From assembly GCA_039033695.1 (NCBI GenBank), contig JBCCCC010000002.1:20569-84568 (forward strand): a DNA stretch of 64,000 bases. The letters are read 5' to 3'. The notes below the pieces were generated by a model that did no database searches, was not told the origin of the DNA, and was given only the letters and a program-made list of their open reading frames with translations. Positions 10,118-18,495 of the stretch are shown here, one piece after another (the stretch's first letter is position 1; each line of letters starts with the position of its first letter). A program made the position numbers and the translations under genes. Origin of the DNA: Pseudomonadota bacterium. GTDB lineage: Bacteria; Pseudomonadota; Gammaproteobacteria; Steroidobacterales; Woeseiaceae.

Positions 10118-11307
10118 GCTGCATCCTTTGCCGGATTCATCCCGGCTGCCAGTGCTCGCCATTGTTCAATGGCATCGCCAAAACCAAGCCCCTCGATCCA
10201 CTCGACGTTCAGTGCAATTGATGTGTCGCCCGAGGCCTCGCAGACGAGCGCCTTGGCGACATGCACAGCGACCATCGGCGCAAAGTGCTCAACCGGCGCC
10301 GCCGCTGGCTCATGGTGGTAGACAATTGCCTCAATGATGCCGTCAGACAGCCCCCAAAGCCCCAGCAGATACCCACCGACCTCGCCTTGCGTGACGCCAA
10401 ATACCTCTCGCTCAGCGACGCTCGGTGCCTCGCCCGCGGCGACTGACTGCAGGGCACGCTGGTACTCGGCACCAAGCTCGGATGCCATGATCAATTTGCC
10501 AAGCTCATGCAGCATGCCGGCCTGAAACGCTTCATCAATGACGACCTTGTTCTCCGAATGCCCGCGTGCGATCGCTTTGGCCAGTTGGGCAACCTGCTGC
10601 GCGTGACGCATCAGCGATTCAGCATTCAACTCGCATTCAGTGCTCGAAAACTCCTTGAATGCCGATTCGGACAAGACCAGCGAGCGAATCACGTCCATAC
10701 CGAGGTATGAGACCGCCTGATCTATGCTGCCAACGTGGCGACGCAAACCGAAGAATGCCGAGTTGACTAGTTGCAACAGCTTTGCGCTCATCGCCAAGTC
10801 CTGGCCAACGATGTGCGCGATCTGCGACATCGCGGGCTCATCCTTACCCATTTCTTCGTTAAGCTTCTGATAGATCTCCGGCACGCTCGGCAATTGCCCA
10901 ATTTGCGCCGTGATGCGCTGCAAACGCTCGCTCTGCATCATGTCGCGCAACTGACACGTGCGCAAGACCGTTGCCCGCAGCATATCCGCATCGCAAGGCT
11001 TGGCTAAGAACTGATGCGTTGCAGCGACGGAGCGAATCGCCATTTCCTGCTCGGCGTGGCCGGACAGGATAATGCGCGCGGTTGATGGGTAACGTTCGCG
11101 CACCTGCGCCATTAGATAGGCACCGTCATGCTGCGGCATGCGCATGTCACTGACGACGACATCGAACGGTTCGGTGTCCATTGTCTCCAAGGCTTTTAGG
11201 GCACTGTCCGCGAAATGCATCTCCCATTCGTGTCGCATTGGCCTGAGCATCCGTTTTAGGCCTGACAATATATTCTGCTCGTCGTCCACGAAAATGATGC
11301 GCTTCAT
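10114..11307 (-). CDS. Response regulator: REC domain plus HDOD domain
   Basis: REC motifs FVDDEQ, VVSDMRMPQHDG and FLAKP. HDOD-type LLQLVNSAFFGLRRHVGSIDQAVSYLGMDVIRSLVL and LHELGKL. Confidence 0.85.
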   Translation of the reverse strand: MKRIIFVDDEQNILSGLKRMLRPMRHEWEMHFADSALKALETMDTEPFDVVVSDMRMPQHDGAYLMAQVRERYPSTARIILSGHAEQEMAIRSVAATHQFLAKPCDADMLRATVLRTCQLRDMMQSERLQRITAQIGQLPSVPEIYQKLNEEMGKDEPAMSQIAHIVGQDLAMSAKLLQLVNSAFFGLRRHVGSIDQAVSYLGMDVIRSLVLSESAFKEFSSTECELNAESLMRHAQQVAQLAKAIARGHSENKVVIDEAFQAGMLHELGKLIMASELGAEYQRALQSVAAGEAPSVAEREVFGVTQGEVGGYLLGLWGLSDGIIEAIVYHHEPAAAPVEHFAPMVAVHVAKALVCEASGDTSIALNVEWIEGLGFGDAIEQWRALAAGMNPAKDAA

Positions 11308-13394
11308 GCTGCCTCCTCCTTCAAGCCGCGTTGGCGACCACTGCCGATCGGCAGTTCAATACGGAACGTCGTGCCTTCGCCCGGTGCGCTGTCCACGTGA
11401 ATCTGACCACCGTGCTGCTCTGCAATCACCGTGCGACTGATTGCCAGCCCCTGCCCTGTTCCACGCCCCACTTCCTTGGTCGTGAAGAATGGATCGAAAA
11501 TCTTGCGCTTGATGTCATCCGGGATACCGGGGCCGTTGTCACCAATTGTGAAGACAACGCTCTTGTCGTCCGGCATTGCGGACGTGATTCGAATAAGGCC
11601 CATGTCACTGGCGCTGTCGTTGCGTTCATCGGCAATCGCGTGTGCGGCATTCACAACAATGTTGAGTACAACCTGGGCGATAGCCGAGGGGAAACACTCA
11701 ACAGCCGGCAGATCCGGGGCGAGATCAAACTCCATGTCGGCGATGTACTTCCATTCGTTGCGCGCAACCGTCACGGTGCTTTCGAGAATCCTATTGAGAT
11801 CGGCCATCTCCATCTCGCCACTGCCCGGGTGTGAAAAGTCTTTGAGTGCCAGGACAATCTCGCGAATCTTCTGAATACCATGTTTGCCTTGATCCAGTGC
11901 CTCGGGAATCTCTTCAAGCAGGTAGTCGAGGTCCGCTTCGTCCAACTGTTTCGCCAGTGCGGCCGTTTTCTCGGAACCCAGGGCGTCCAGAGTGTCAGGC
12001 AATGCGTGCAGCACCGGCCCCAAGTCACCGAAGGACTCGCTAAGGAACGCCAGGTTATCGCTCACGTATTGGGCCGGCGTATTGATCTCATGGGCGATAC
12101 CCGCCGCCAACTCGCCAATCGACTCCAGTTTCTGGGTCAACTGCAGCTGCTCTTGCAGCTCGTCACGTTCCCGCTGCGCATTGTTGCGCTCGGTCACATC
12201 TACAAGCATTGCATGCGTCCCAACAACAGAACCTGCATCGTCGCGGTGGGCCGAGGCACTATAGAGGCACTCCATACGCGTGCCATCGCTGCCAATGATG
12301 ATCATGGGCAGCTCGCGTTCACTGCCGCCCGCAAGGATTCGCGCGTTGCTGGATACCAGCAAGTCATCGGCGTTGTCGGGATGCAGCAACGACTGCAGCG
12401 GCAGCCCATTCAGTGCGTCTGCTGCTACGCCAACGCGATTGACCAGCGTCCGGTTTGCGTCGCGCACGCGCAACGACGTATCCAGCGAGAACATCATGAC
12501 AGGCACGTTGTTGTAGAGATCCCGCAGCCTGTTCTCGGCGGCGAGTACGCGCCGGGTCTGCAACTCTTTCTCGGTGATGTCGGTCAGATAGACATCCATT
12601 GCCGGCACATCATTGCCGGCGCCAGGCCGTGCGAAAACCATAACGTGACGTTGTGCGTGCGCCACCGTGTCGATGATGTGGTTGTCGCTGTATGCGGGCG
12701 GCTCGTCCGCCGCATTGCGCTGCAGCTGGCCAAGCCCGGCCAACAAACCGTTGAGGTGATCGTCACCAATATCGGCCACCGAATCCGCGCCCATAAACGC
12801 AAGAAAGGCACGATTGCCCGCAATGATCGACCCATTGGCGTCGACCCGAAGTGCAGCGATTGGCATGTGGTCAAATAGATTTTGGTATTGCTGTTCCGCT
12901 GTCTTCACGTGAACGCGTTGCGAGGCGCGTTCAATTGAACGTCGAAGCACCCGCAGTATCGCTGCAATCGGAATCACCTTCGAATCGAGGCAATCCTCAA
13001 CGCCAGCGCTAAGCAATCCCGTCTCTGCCGCGTCAATACCCGGGGCAATCATAAGCAATGGCGCGGGCGTCACGCGTTGCGCGATAGCAGCATGGCGCGC
13101 TGTCGATGTGCCGCAAATACCGCCAGGAATGTACCAGACGGCGCAGTCGAACCCAGATGTGGGTAGCGACGCCTCTTCGACGTCTACCCCCCCTTCCTGG
13201 CTCAACACACCGAACCCGGCTGCGACTAGCGCGGCATGCAATTGCGCACCAAATTCATCGGACGGCGATGGTCCGATTAACATGACTGTTGACGTCTTGT
13301 CCTGCACCGTGGTCATCCATCCATGGCTAGAAGCGGTTCCAATCTTGATCAGTCCCTGCTTGGCTAGCGTCCGGCTGCGCTGCGGCTTTAGCAT
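11304..13394 (-). CDS. Soluble sensor histidine kinase with two PAS domains and a possible N-terminal pseudo-receiver
   Basis: H-box AAGIAHEINTP. ATPase motifs NIVVNAAHA, GDNGPGIP and GRGTGQGLAIS. Two PAS-like segments. No evident TM helix. Start is uncertain; an alternative Met lies at 13316. Confidence 0.85.
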   Translation of the reverse strand: MLKPQRSRTLAKQGLIKIGTASSHGWMTTVQDKTSTVMLIGPSPSDEFGAQLHAALVAAGFGVLSQEGGVDVEEASLPTSGFDCAVWYIPGGICGTSTARHAAIAQRVTPAPLLMIAPGIDAAETGLLSAGVEDCLDSKVIPIAAILRVLRRSIERASQRVHVKTAEQQYQNLFDHMPIAALRVDANGSIIAGNRAFLAFMGADSVADIGDDHLNGLLAGLGQLQRNAADEPPAYSDNHIIDTVAHAQRHVMVFARPGAGNDVPAMDVYLTDITEKELQTRRVLAAENRLRDLYNNVPVMMFSLDTSLRVRDANRTLVNRVGVAADALNGLPLQSLLHPDNADDLLVSSNARILAGGSERELPMIIIGSDGTRMECLYSASAHRDDAGSVVGTHAMLVDVTERNNAQRERDELQEQLQLTQKLESIGELAAGIAHEINTPAQYVSDNLAFLSESFGDLGPVLHALPDTLDALGSEKTAALAKQLDEADLDYLLEEIPEALDQGKHGIQKIREIVLALKDFSHPGSGEMEMADLNRILESTVTVARNEWKYIADMEFDLAPDLPAVECFPSAIAQVVLNIVVNAAHAIADERNDSASDMGLIRITSAMPDDKSVVFTIGDNGPGIPDDIKRKIFDPFFTTKEVGRGTGQGLAISRTVIAEQHGGQIHVDSAPGEGTTFRIELPIGSGRQRGLKEEAA

Positions 13395-13611
13395 TTATGC
13401 GTCAGCCCGCGAAATAAACTGTCCGCCGGCAGGGTCTTTCACATAAGAGCGCGCGCAACCTTGGAGCCCGGGTGAACAAAGCACCGGTTGCAAACACCGA
13501 ATCCGTTAATCCAATCCCGTGTGATTGGCGAAAACGCTAGAAAACAGATGCCAGACTGCGCTATGTTAAGAGCTCGGCTGCGAAATGGTGCAACGTACCC
13601 TGGAGCTGTGA

Positions 13612-14334
13612 ATGGCGAGAAAAATCAGGCAGCTAGGCATATTGGGCGGCCTGTCGGTTATTGCGCTGACAGCCGGTTGCAGCACGACTGTGACGCTGCC
13701 ATCTACCGAGCTGCCCGACGCTTTGGTCGATCGGTACCCACTGAGCGTTGCCGTGCGCTATGACGAGGCGCTCGCCGACTACACCTACAGCGAGCAGCTG
13801 GCGACGGGCGAGCGAATATCGATTGGAATCGGCCAAGCCTCGCAAGCAATGTTTAGCAAGACGTTCAGCGACATGTTTGATCGCGTGGTGATTGTTCCCA
13901 GCGGTGAGCGGCCACCGGACGAGATCGACTTGCTGGTTGAGCCTTCGATTTTTGCGCTGGAATTCGCGCTACCCTCGCAGACAGTGACCAACGATTACGC
14001 GGTTTGGATCAAGTACCGCTTAAAGATCTACGACGCCAGCGGTCAGGAGCAGGCAGATTACGCAGTGTCCGCGTATGGCAAGGCAGCCAGAGAATCGCTG
14101 ATGGCAGGCACCAAGTCCGCGCTGACCTCAGCTTCGGAGCTCGCGTTGCGAGATGCCGCCGTATTGCTTTTGACCCGTTTCGAGAAAGAGGCGAACCTGT
14201 TGGGGCGCCAATTGCCGGACGTGAGCCTCGTTGACGTCCCACCCGAAATCGATGCAAGCACACCGCTACCGCCCGTCGGCGAGGCCGAGTCCACCACGAC
14301 CGCGGAACAACCCAATTCGGAGCAATACTTATGA
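13612..14334 (+). CDS. Lipoprotein of unknown function
   Basis: Signal peptide with lipobox LTAGC. Pro/Thr-rich C-terminal tail. No family recognised. Confidence 0.65.
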   Translation: MARKIRQLGILGGLSVIALTAGCSTTVTLPSTELPDALVDRYPLSVAVRYDEALADYTYSEQLATGERISIGIGQASQAMFSKTFSDMFDRVVIVPSGERPPDEIDLLVEPSIFALEFALPSQTVTNDYAVWIKYRLKIYDASGQEQADYAVSAYGKAARESLMAGTKSALTSASELALRDAAVLLLTRFEKEANLLGRQLPDVSLVDVPPEIDASTPLPPVGEAESTTTAEQPNSEQYL

Positions 14335-15011
14335 GCAAGTCAGTACCCGTACGCACGATTTTCGCTTTGATGGCCCTGATACCGCTCGTCGGCTGCTCCA
14401 CGGCACGCACGGATATCGTCAGTTCCAACACGATGCCCGAGTACTCCGGCGAGTCGGTCGTCGTGATGGCACGAAGCTACCACACGGGCAATCGTACCGA
14501 GAGTGACTTTACGCGCTGTGTGGTCAATACGTTGCGGCGCAGCAGCAGCGGCATCAATATCATGCCCAGCGAACAGTTTGTTGACGCGATGTATCCATGG
14601 TTCGAGCCGCGCACAGCACCACCAACCATTGGTGCCGTGCCTAAACTGTTGAATAACGACAAGATTGCGCAGCGAATGCGCGACACAGGCGTTCGCTACG
14701 TCGTATGGCTCGATGGTAATACCGAAAAACCGACTGGCGGGGGCAGCATGTCCTGCGCAGCAGGCCCAGGTGGCGCGGGCTGCTTCGGATTCGCGTGGTG
14801 GGAGTCCGATTCCGACTACGACGCCGCGGTCTGGGACTTAGAAGGCAGCAAGGAGGCCGGCAACATCGAAACGCGAGTCTCTGGCACTTCTTACTTGCCC
14901 GCCATCGTCGTTCCGATCCCACTCATTGCACGTACCCGGTCAACCGCCTGTCGTGATCTGGCCAGTCAAGTGCAATCGTTCATCATGAGCGAAGAGCTGG
15001 GCAGCAGCTAG
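14331..15011 (+). CDS. Lipoprotein of unknown function
   Basis: Lipobox LVGC. ATGA overlap with the previous gene. Gly/Cys-containing loop GGGSMSCAAGPGGAGCFGFAWW. Confidence 0.65.
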   Translation: MSKSVPVRTIFALMALIPLVGCSTARTDIVSSNTMPEYSGESVVVMARSYHTGNRTESDFTRCVVNTLRRSSSGINIMPSEQFVDAMYPWFEPRTAPPTIGAVPKLLNNDKIAQRMRDTGVRYVVWLDGNTEKPTGGGSMSCAAGPGGAGCFGFAWWESDSDYDAAVWDLEGSKEAGNIETRVSGTSYLPAIVVPIPLIARTRSTACRDLASQVQSFIMSEELGSS

Positions 15012-15074
15012 CCGCACTGCATCCGAAATGGCGCCGATCGCGAATTCTGGTGTAGGCACACCGGAGCCATCGAC

Positions 15075-15599
15075 ATGCCCAATTTGGTGATCAACTTCTT
15101 ACTCTTCCAGACTAGCTGGTTTGCGCTGGTTGCAGGCGCGGCCAACAATCTGCTGATACCTGGTGCCGCATTGTGCGCGCTGTTCTTCGCCTGGGAGCTG
15201 TATCGCAGCAAAGCCAGAAAACGACTCGTTGCGCTCGTCGTCGTTGCGGTCGCTGGCGGCATCATTGTGGACGGCAGTTACGCACTATTCGGTCTGGTGG
15301 AGTACCAATTGCCGGCGGGACCGATTGCCCCCTGGTGGATCATTGGGCTGTGGGTCATCTTCGCATTGACGCTGACTGAATCGATGGGCTGGATGCGCGA
15401 CCGAATATGGGCCGGCGCATTGATGGCAGGTATCGGCGCGCCCCTGTCTTATCTTGCCGGCTACAAGCTGGGTGCTATCGAATTCCCCTTGGGCTTAGCC
15501 ACCGGGCTTGGCATCGCAGCATTAACCTGGATACCCGCGATTTACGTGCTTGTGCTCATCTGCAACCGTTTAATGCCTCAGCCGGAACCGAAGGCATAA
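15075..15599 (+). CDS. Polytopic inner-membrane protein, possibly DUF2878-like
   Basis: About five hydrophobic segments. The N-terminal NFLLFQTSWFALVAG pattern is recalled from DUF2878 proteins, but the family call is tentative. Confidence 0.55.
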   Translation: MPNLVINFLLFQTSWFALVAGAANNLLIPGAALCALFFAWELYRSKARKRLVALVVVAVAGGIIVDGSYALFGLVEYQLPAGPIAPWWIIGLWVIFALTLTESMGWMRDRIWAGALMAGIGAPLSYLAGYKLGAIEFPLGLATGLGIAALTWIPAIYVLVLICNRLMPQPEPKA

Positions 15600-15625
15600 A
15601 AAAAGCCGGCCAATGGCCGGCTTCT
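15597..15625. terminator. Bidirectional hairpin terminator between convergent genes
   Basis: 8-bp GC stem agccggcc/ggccggct with a 3-nt loop. An A-run lies on the + strand side, giving a T-run for the minus-strand kbp transcript. Confidence 0.6.
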
Positions 15626-15645
15626 CGACGTGATGCGCGCCGCCG

Positions 15646-16131
15646 TCAGTCCAGCGGAATACGGATTGTCTGACCTACAAAAATCTTATCAGGGTCTTGT
15701 ATCACTTCTCGATTAGCCTCGAAGATTCGCATATAAGCACTTGACTTACCATAGTATTTCTTCGATATCTTGCCGAGCGTATCACCACTCTCGATGACAT
15801 AAAGCTCAACTTTTTCCGACTCCTGCGGTGTTGCTGCGACTTCTTGACCAGCGTCTGCCGCAGGGGCTGGTGGCGGGCTCTTGATGGTCATTTTGCTGGT
15901 ATACACATCAGCGACACCCTGCACGTTGCCCGCCAGTAGTGCGCACTTTTGCATTGCGGCGCCCGACTCGCACTCCCCGGACAAGCTCACAATGCCATTA
16001 TCAAACTCGACGCCAAGGTCGGTGACGCCAGGGTTGTTCGCTTCAATGAGCTCCTTGATCTTGTCAACCGCGTCATCCTCGGTGTTGAACAAGCGTCGAC
16101 CGACGTCTTTTGCAAATCCAAAAAGGTCCAT
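15646..16131 (-). CDS. kbp: BON plus LysM domain protein (YgaU/Kbp-like potassium-binding protein)
   Basis: Collinear with E. coli YgaU. It runs from MDLFGFAKDVGRRLF through a BON domain to the C-terminal LysM YVIESGDTLGKISKKYYG...IFVGQTIRIP. Confidence 0.85.
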   Translation of the reverse strand: MDLFGFAKDVGRRLFNTEDDAVDKIKELIEANNPGVTDLGVEFDNGIVSLSGECESGAAMQKCALLAGNVQGVADVYTSKMTIKSPPPAPAADAGQEVAATPQESEKVELYVIESGDTLGKISKKYYGKSSAYMRIFEANREVIQDPDKIFVGQTIRIPLD

Positions 16132-16172
16132 ATTTCCTCCCGTATCGGTAAGTACTACCGACTATTCAAAAC

Positions 16173-16379
16173 TTACTTCAATACAAAAGTGACTTTAAGA
16201 ACCACTCGGAACTCTTTGATTTTTCCGCCTTCACAGACGACTTTTTGGTCTTTGACCCAGGCCCCCTCAATATTGTCCAACGTTTCGTTGGCTCGTTTGA
16301 TGCCCGACTTCACGGCATCCTCAAAACTCTTTGTTGAAGAAGAAATAATTTCTGTAACGCGTGCAACACTCATTGCCAT
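16173..16379 (-). CDS. Dodecin-family (flavin-binding) small protein
   Basis: 68 aa with the pattern VARVTEIISSSTKSFEDAV...AWVKDQKV...FRVVLKVTFVL, typical of dodecins. Confidence 0.75.
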   Translation of the reverse strand: MAMSVARVTEIISSSTKSFEDAVKSGIKRANETLDNIEGAWVKDQKVVCEGGKIKEFRVVLKVTFVLK

Positions 16380-16474
16380 CTCCCCAGGTGGTCAAATTAA
16401 CGCCGTTAACGACGATTGCCGGCAGCTTACCAGCTGCTGGCATGCACGCTCAAACCCGCGCCTATGGGGGAAGC

Positions 16475-17008
16475 TCAGTCGATCAGCCGGCCGACACGCA
16501 GTAGTCGGGCACGGTAGTAGTCGTTGACGAGCGATTCAGTGGTCACATGCCTGCCGGTTGAAGGCGCGTGCACAAAGTACTGATCGCCCAGATAGATACC
16601 AACATGCGACGGCTTGCCGTCAAAATTGAAAAACAGAATATCACCCGGCTGAGGCTGATCACGGTCGACAATAGTGACCTCGCGCCAGAGTGCGCCGGTC
16701 GTGCGAGGTACATGCATGCCGGCTTCTGCATAGGCATAGTGAACCAAGCCGCTGCAATCGAAGCCGCGCGGGTCTGCGCCGCCATACTGGTAGGGCACGC
16801 CAAGCTGCTGCTGCGCAATACTGGCCGCAATCACGGCACGATCGTCCGCCAAGGACCGCGTGTCGTCCGGCGCACTGATCGTCGGCACCGATCTCACGAC
16901 TTCTGGACGCTCAGGCGCGTACTGTGGCTTCGGCTCCCACGAACAGCCAGCAGTGACTAGCAATCCAAGAATGATGAAACAACGCATTAAGACACCCTTT
17001 TTTCGCAC
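16475..17008 (-). CDS. NlpC/P60 (C40) peptidoglycan endopeptidase lipoprotein
   Basis: Lipobox VTAGC. GVPYQYGGADPRGFDCSGLVHYAY carries the catalytic Cys, and SHVGIYLG carries the His. Confidence 0.9.
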   Translation of the reverse strand: MRKKGVLMRCFIILGLLVTAGCSWEPKPQYAPERPEVVRSVPTISAPDDTRSLADDRAVIAASIAQQQLGVPYQYGGADPRGFDCSGLVHYAYAEAGMHVPRTTGALWREVTIVDRDQPQPGDILFFNFDGKPSHVGIYLGDQYFVHAPSTGRHVTTESLVNDYYRARLLRVGRLID

Positions 17009-17090
17009 GCAACACTGATCATGCCGCTCAGACCATGAACCCGCGCTGAATGGGCACGCTGCAAGTAACTGGTCACCGCGATATCATACC

Positions 17091-18368
17091 GTGATGATCA
17101 GAACTTACCGAACGATGCGTTCACGTTTTGCGCGGGTGGGGCATGACGTGGTCCTTTGCGCAGGCGTGCTGGCTCTCATTCAGGCGGGTTGCGCCAGCGC
17201 TCAGCCGACGGAGCCGCCGCGCTATCGCGTCGACTACCATGTGGCATTGGACGCAGATGGCATGGCTAGCGTTACGCTGACTGTCGATCAGTCGGGCCAA
17301 CAACTGCGTCAACTTGAATTCGTCATGGCACAGGGACGGTTCACTAACTTTGCAAGCGCGCTTCCGATTGAACGTGACGGAGATCGCGTGCGTTGGCAGC
17401 CCGACTCGAGTGGCGGCAGCATCAGCTGGCAGGTCAATCTCAATCAGCAACGGCAGGATGGTAGCGTCGATGCGATGGTCACGCAGCGCTGGGCCGTCTT
17501 CCGAGCCGAGGACGCCATTCCGGGTATCGCAAGCCGGTCGGCGCGCGGCGCCAGCGCGGATACCACGCTGCGGTTCGAGCTTCCGACTGGCTGGAGTATT
17601 GTGACGGGCTATTTGGGCCAGGACGGTGAGTTCGACGTTGACGACGCCAACCGCCGCTTTGACCGCCCCGATGGCTGGATTGTCGCCGGCGCGCTTGGCG
17701 TGCGACATGATCTAATCGCCAACACCCGTGTCGCGGTTGCCGCACCGCGGGAACAACAAGCAAGACGCCTCGACGTCATGGCGTTCATGAACTGGCACCT
17801 GCCCTATGTGCGCGATGTGTTTCCTGCGTTCCCGGACAGAATACTGATCGCAATGGCGGATGATCCGTTCTTTCGCGGCGGCTTGTCGGCGCCGAATTCC
17901 TTATTCCTGCACACCGATCGGCCACTCATTAGCGGCAACGGCACGAGCACATTGCTGCACGAGCTGATCCACATCGGTCTTGGCCGACGGGCAGTCAAAG
18001 GAGAAGACTGGATCATTGAGGGGCTGGCCGAATTCTATAGTGTCGCGCTCATGCGCCGGGCCGGCACAATCACACCGCGCCGCGAACAAAGCGCATTCCA
18101 GTCTTTGCAGGAGTGGGGAGAATCAGTACGCGACCTCAAGGCAACCCAATCGAAGGGCGCAAGAACGGCGCGCGCGGTTGGCGTATTGGCCGACGTTGAT
18201 GCGCAGATTCGCGCAGCAACGAACGATCGGCGATCGCTCGACGACGTCGTACGACGCCTTGCGGCCAGTGAAGAACCATTGTCTTTGCGCGAGCTTCGCA
18301 TTGCTGTCGAGGCAACTGCCGGCCAAACAAGTCGCGCACTCGACGATAGTCGTCTGCCAGGCTACTGA
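17091..18368 (+). CDS. Predicted secreted/lipoprotein gluzincin-type metallopeptidase of unknown family
   Basis: Signal peptide with IQAGC. HELIH is followed 14 residues later by EGLAEF (HExxH...E). Confidence 0.6.
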   Translation: MMIRTYRTMRSRFARVGHDVVLCAGVLALIQAGCASAQPTEPPRYRVDYHVALDADGMASVTLTVDQSGQQLRQLEFVMAQGRFTNFASALPIERDGDRVRWQPDSSGGSISWQVNLNQQRQDGSVDAMVTQRWAVFRAEDAIPGIASRSARGASADTTLRFELPTGWSIVTGYLGQDGEFDVDDANRRFDRPDGWIVAGALGVRHDLIANTRVAVAAPREQQARRLDVMAFMNWHLPYVRDVFPAFPDRILIAMADDPFFRGGLSAPNSLFLHTDRPLISGNGTSTLLHELIHIGLGRRAVKGEDWIIEGLAEFYSVALMRRAGTITPRREQSAFQSLQEWGESVRDLKATQSKGARTARAVGVLADVDAQIRAATNDRRSLDDVVRRLAASEEPLSLRELRIAVEATAGQTSRALDDSRLPGY

Positions 18369-18495
18369 ATCGGCCAATTGTCAAAATGACGACCGCGTCG
18401 ACACCGCGCGCCGCGGTTATGTGTCCTGGTTCACACCCCTGTCTGTCAAGCTTGGCGGTATGGGTACAAACGTCGCACAATTCGCATTATGAAAA

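Noticed and set aside
11880-12878. 332-aa ORF on the plus strand, antisense to the histidine kinase. Similar long shadow ORFs lie at 61869-62999, 39251-39850, 54255-54794, 20746-21222 and 3150-3767.
   Set aside because: They are Arg/Cys/His-rich with non-protein-like composition, and each is fully embedded antisense in a gene with strong family motifs. This is typical of high-GC shadow ORFs.
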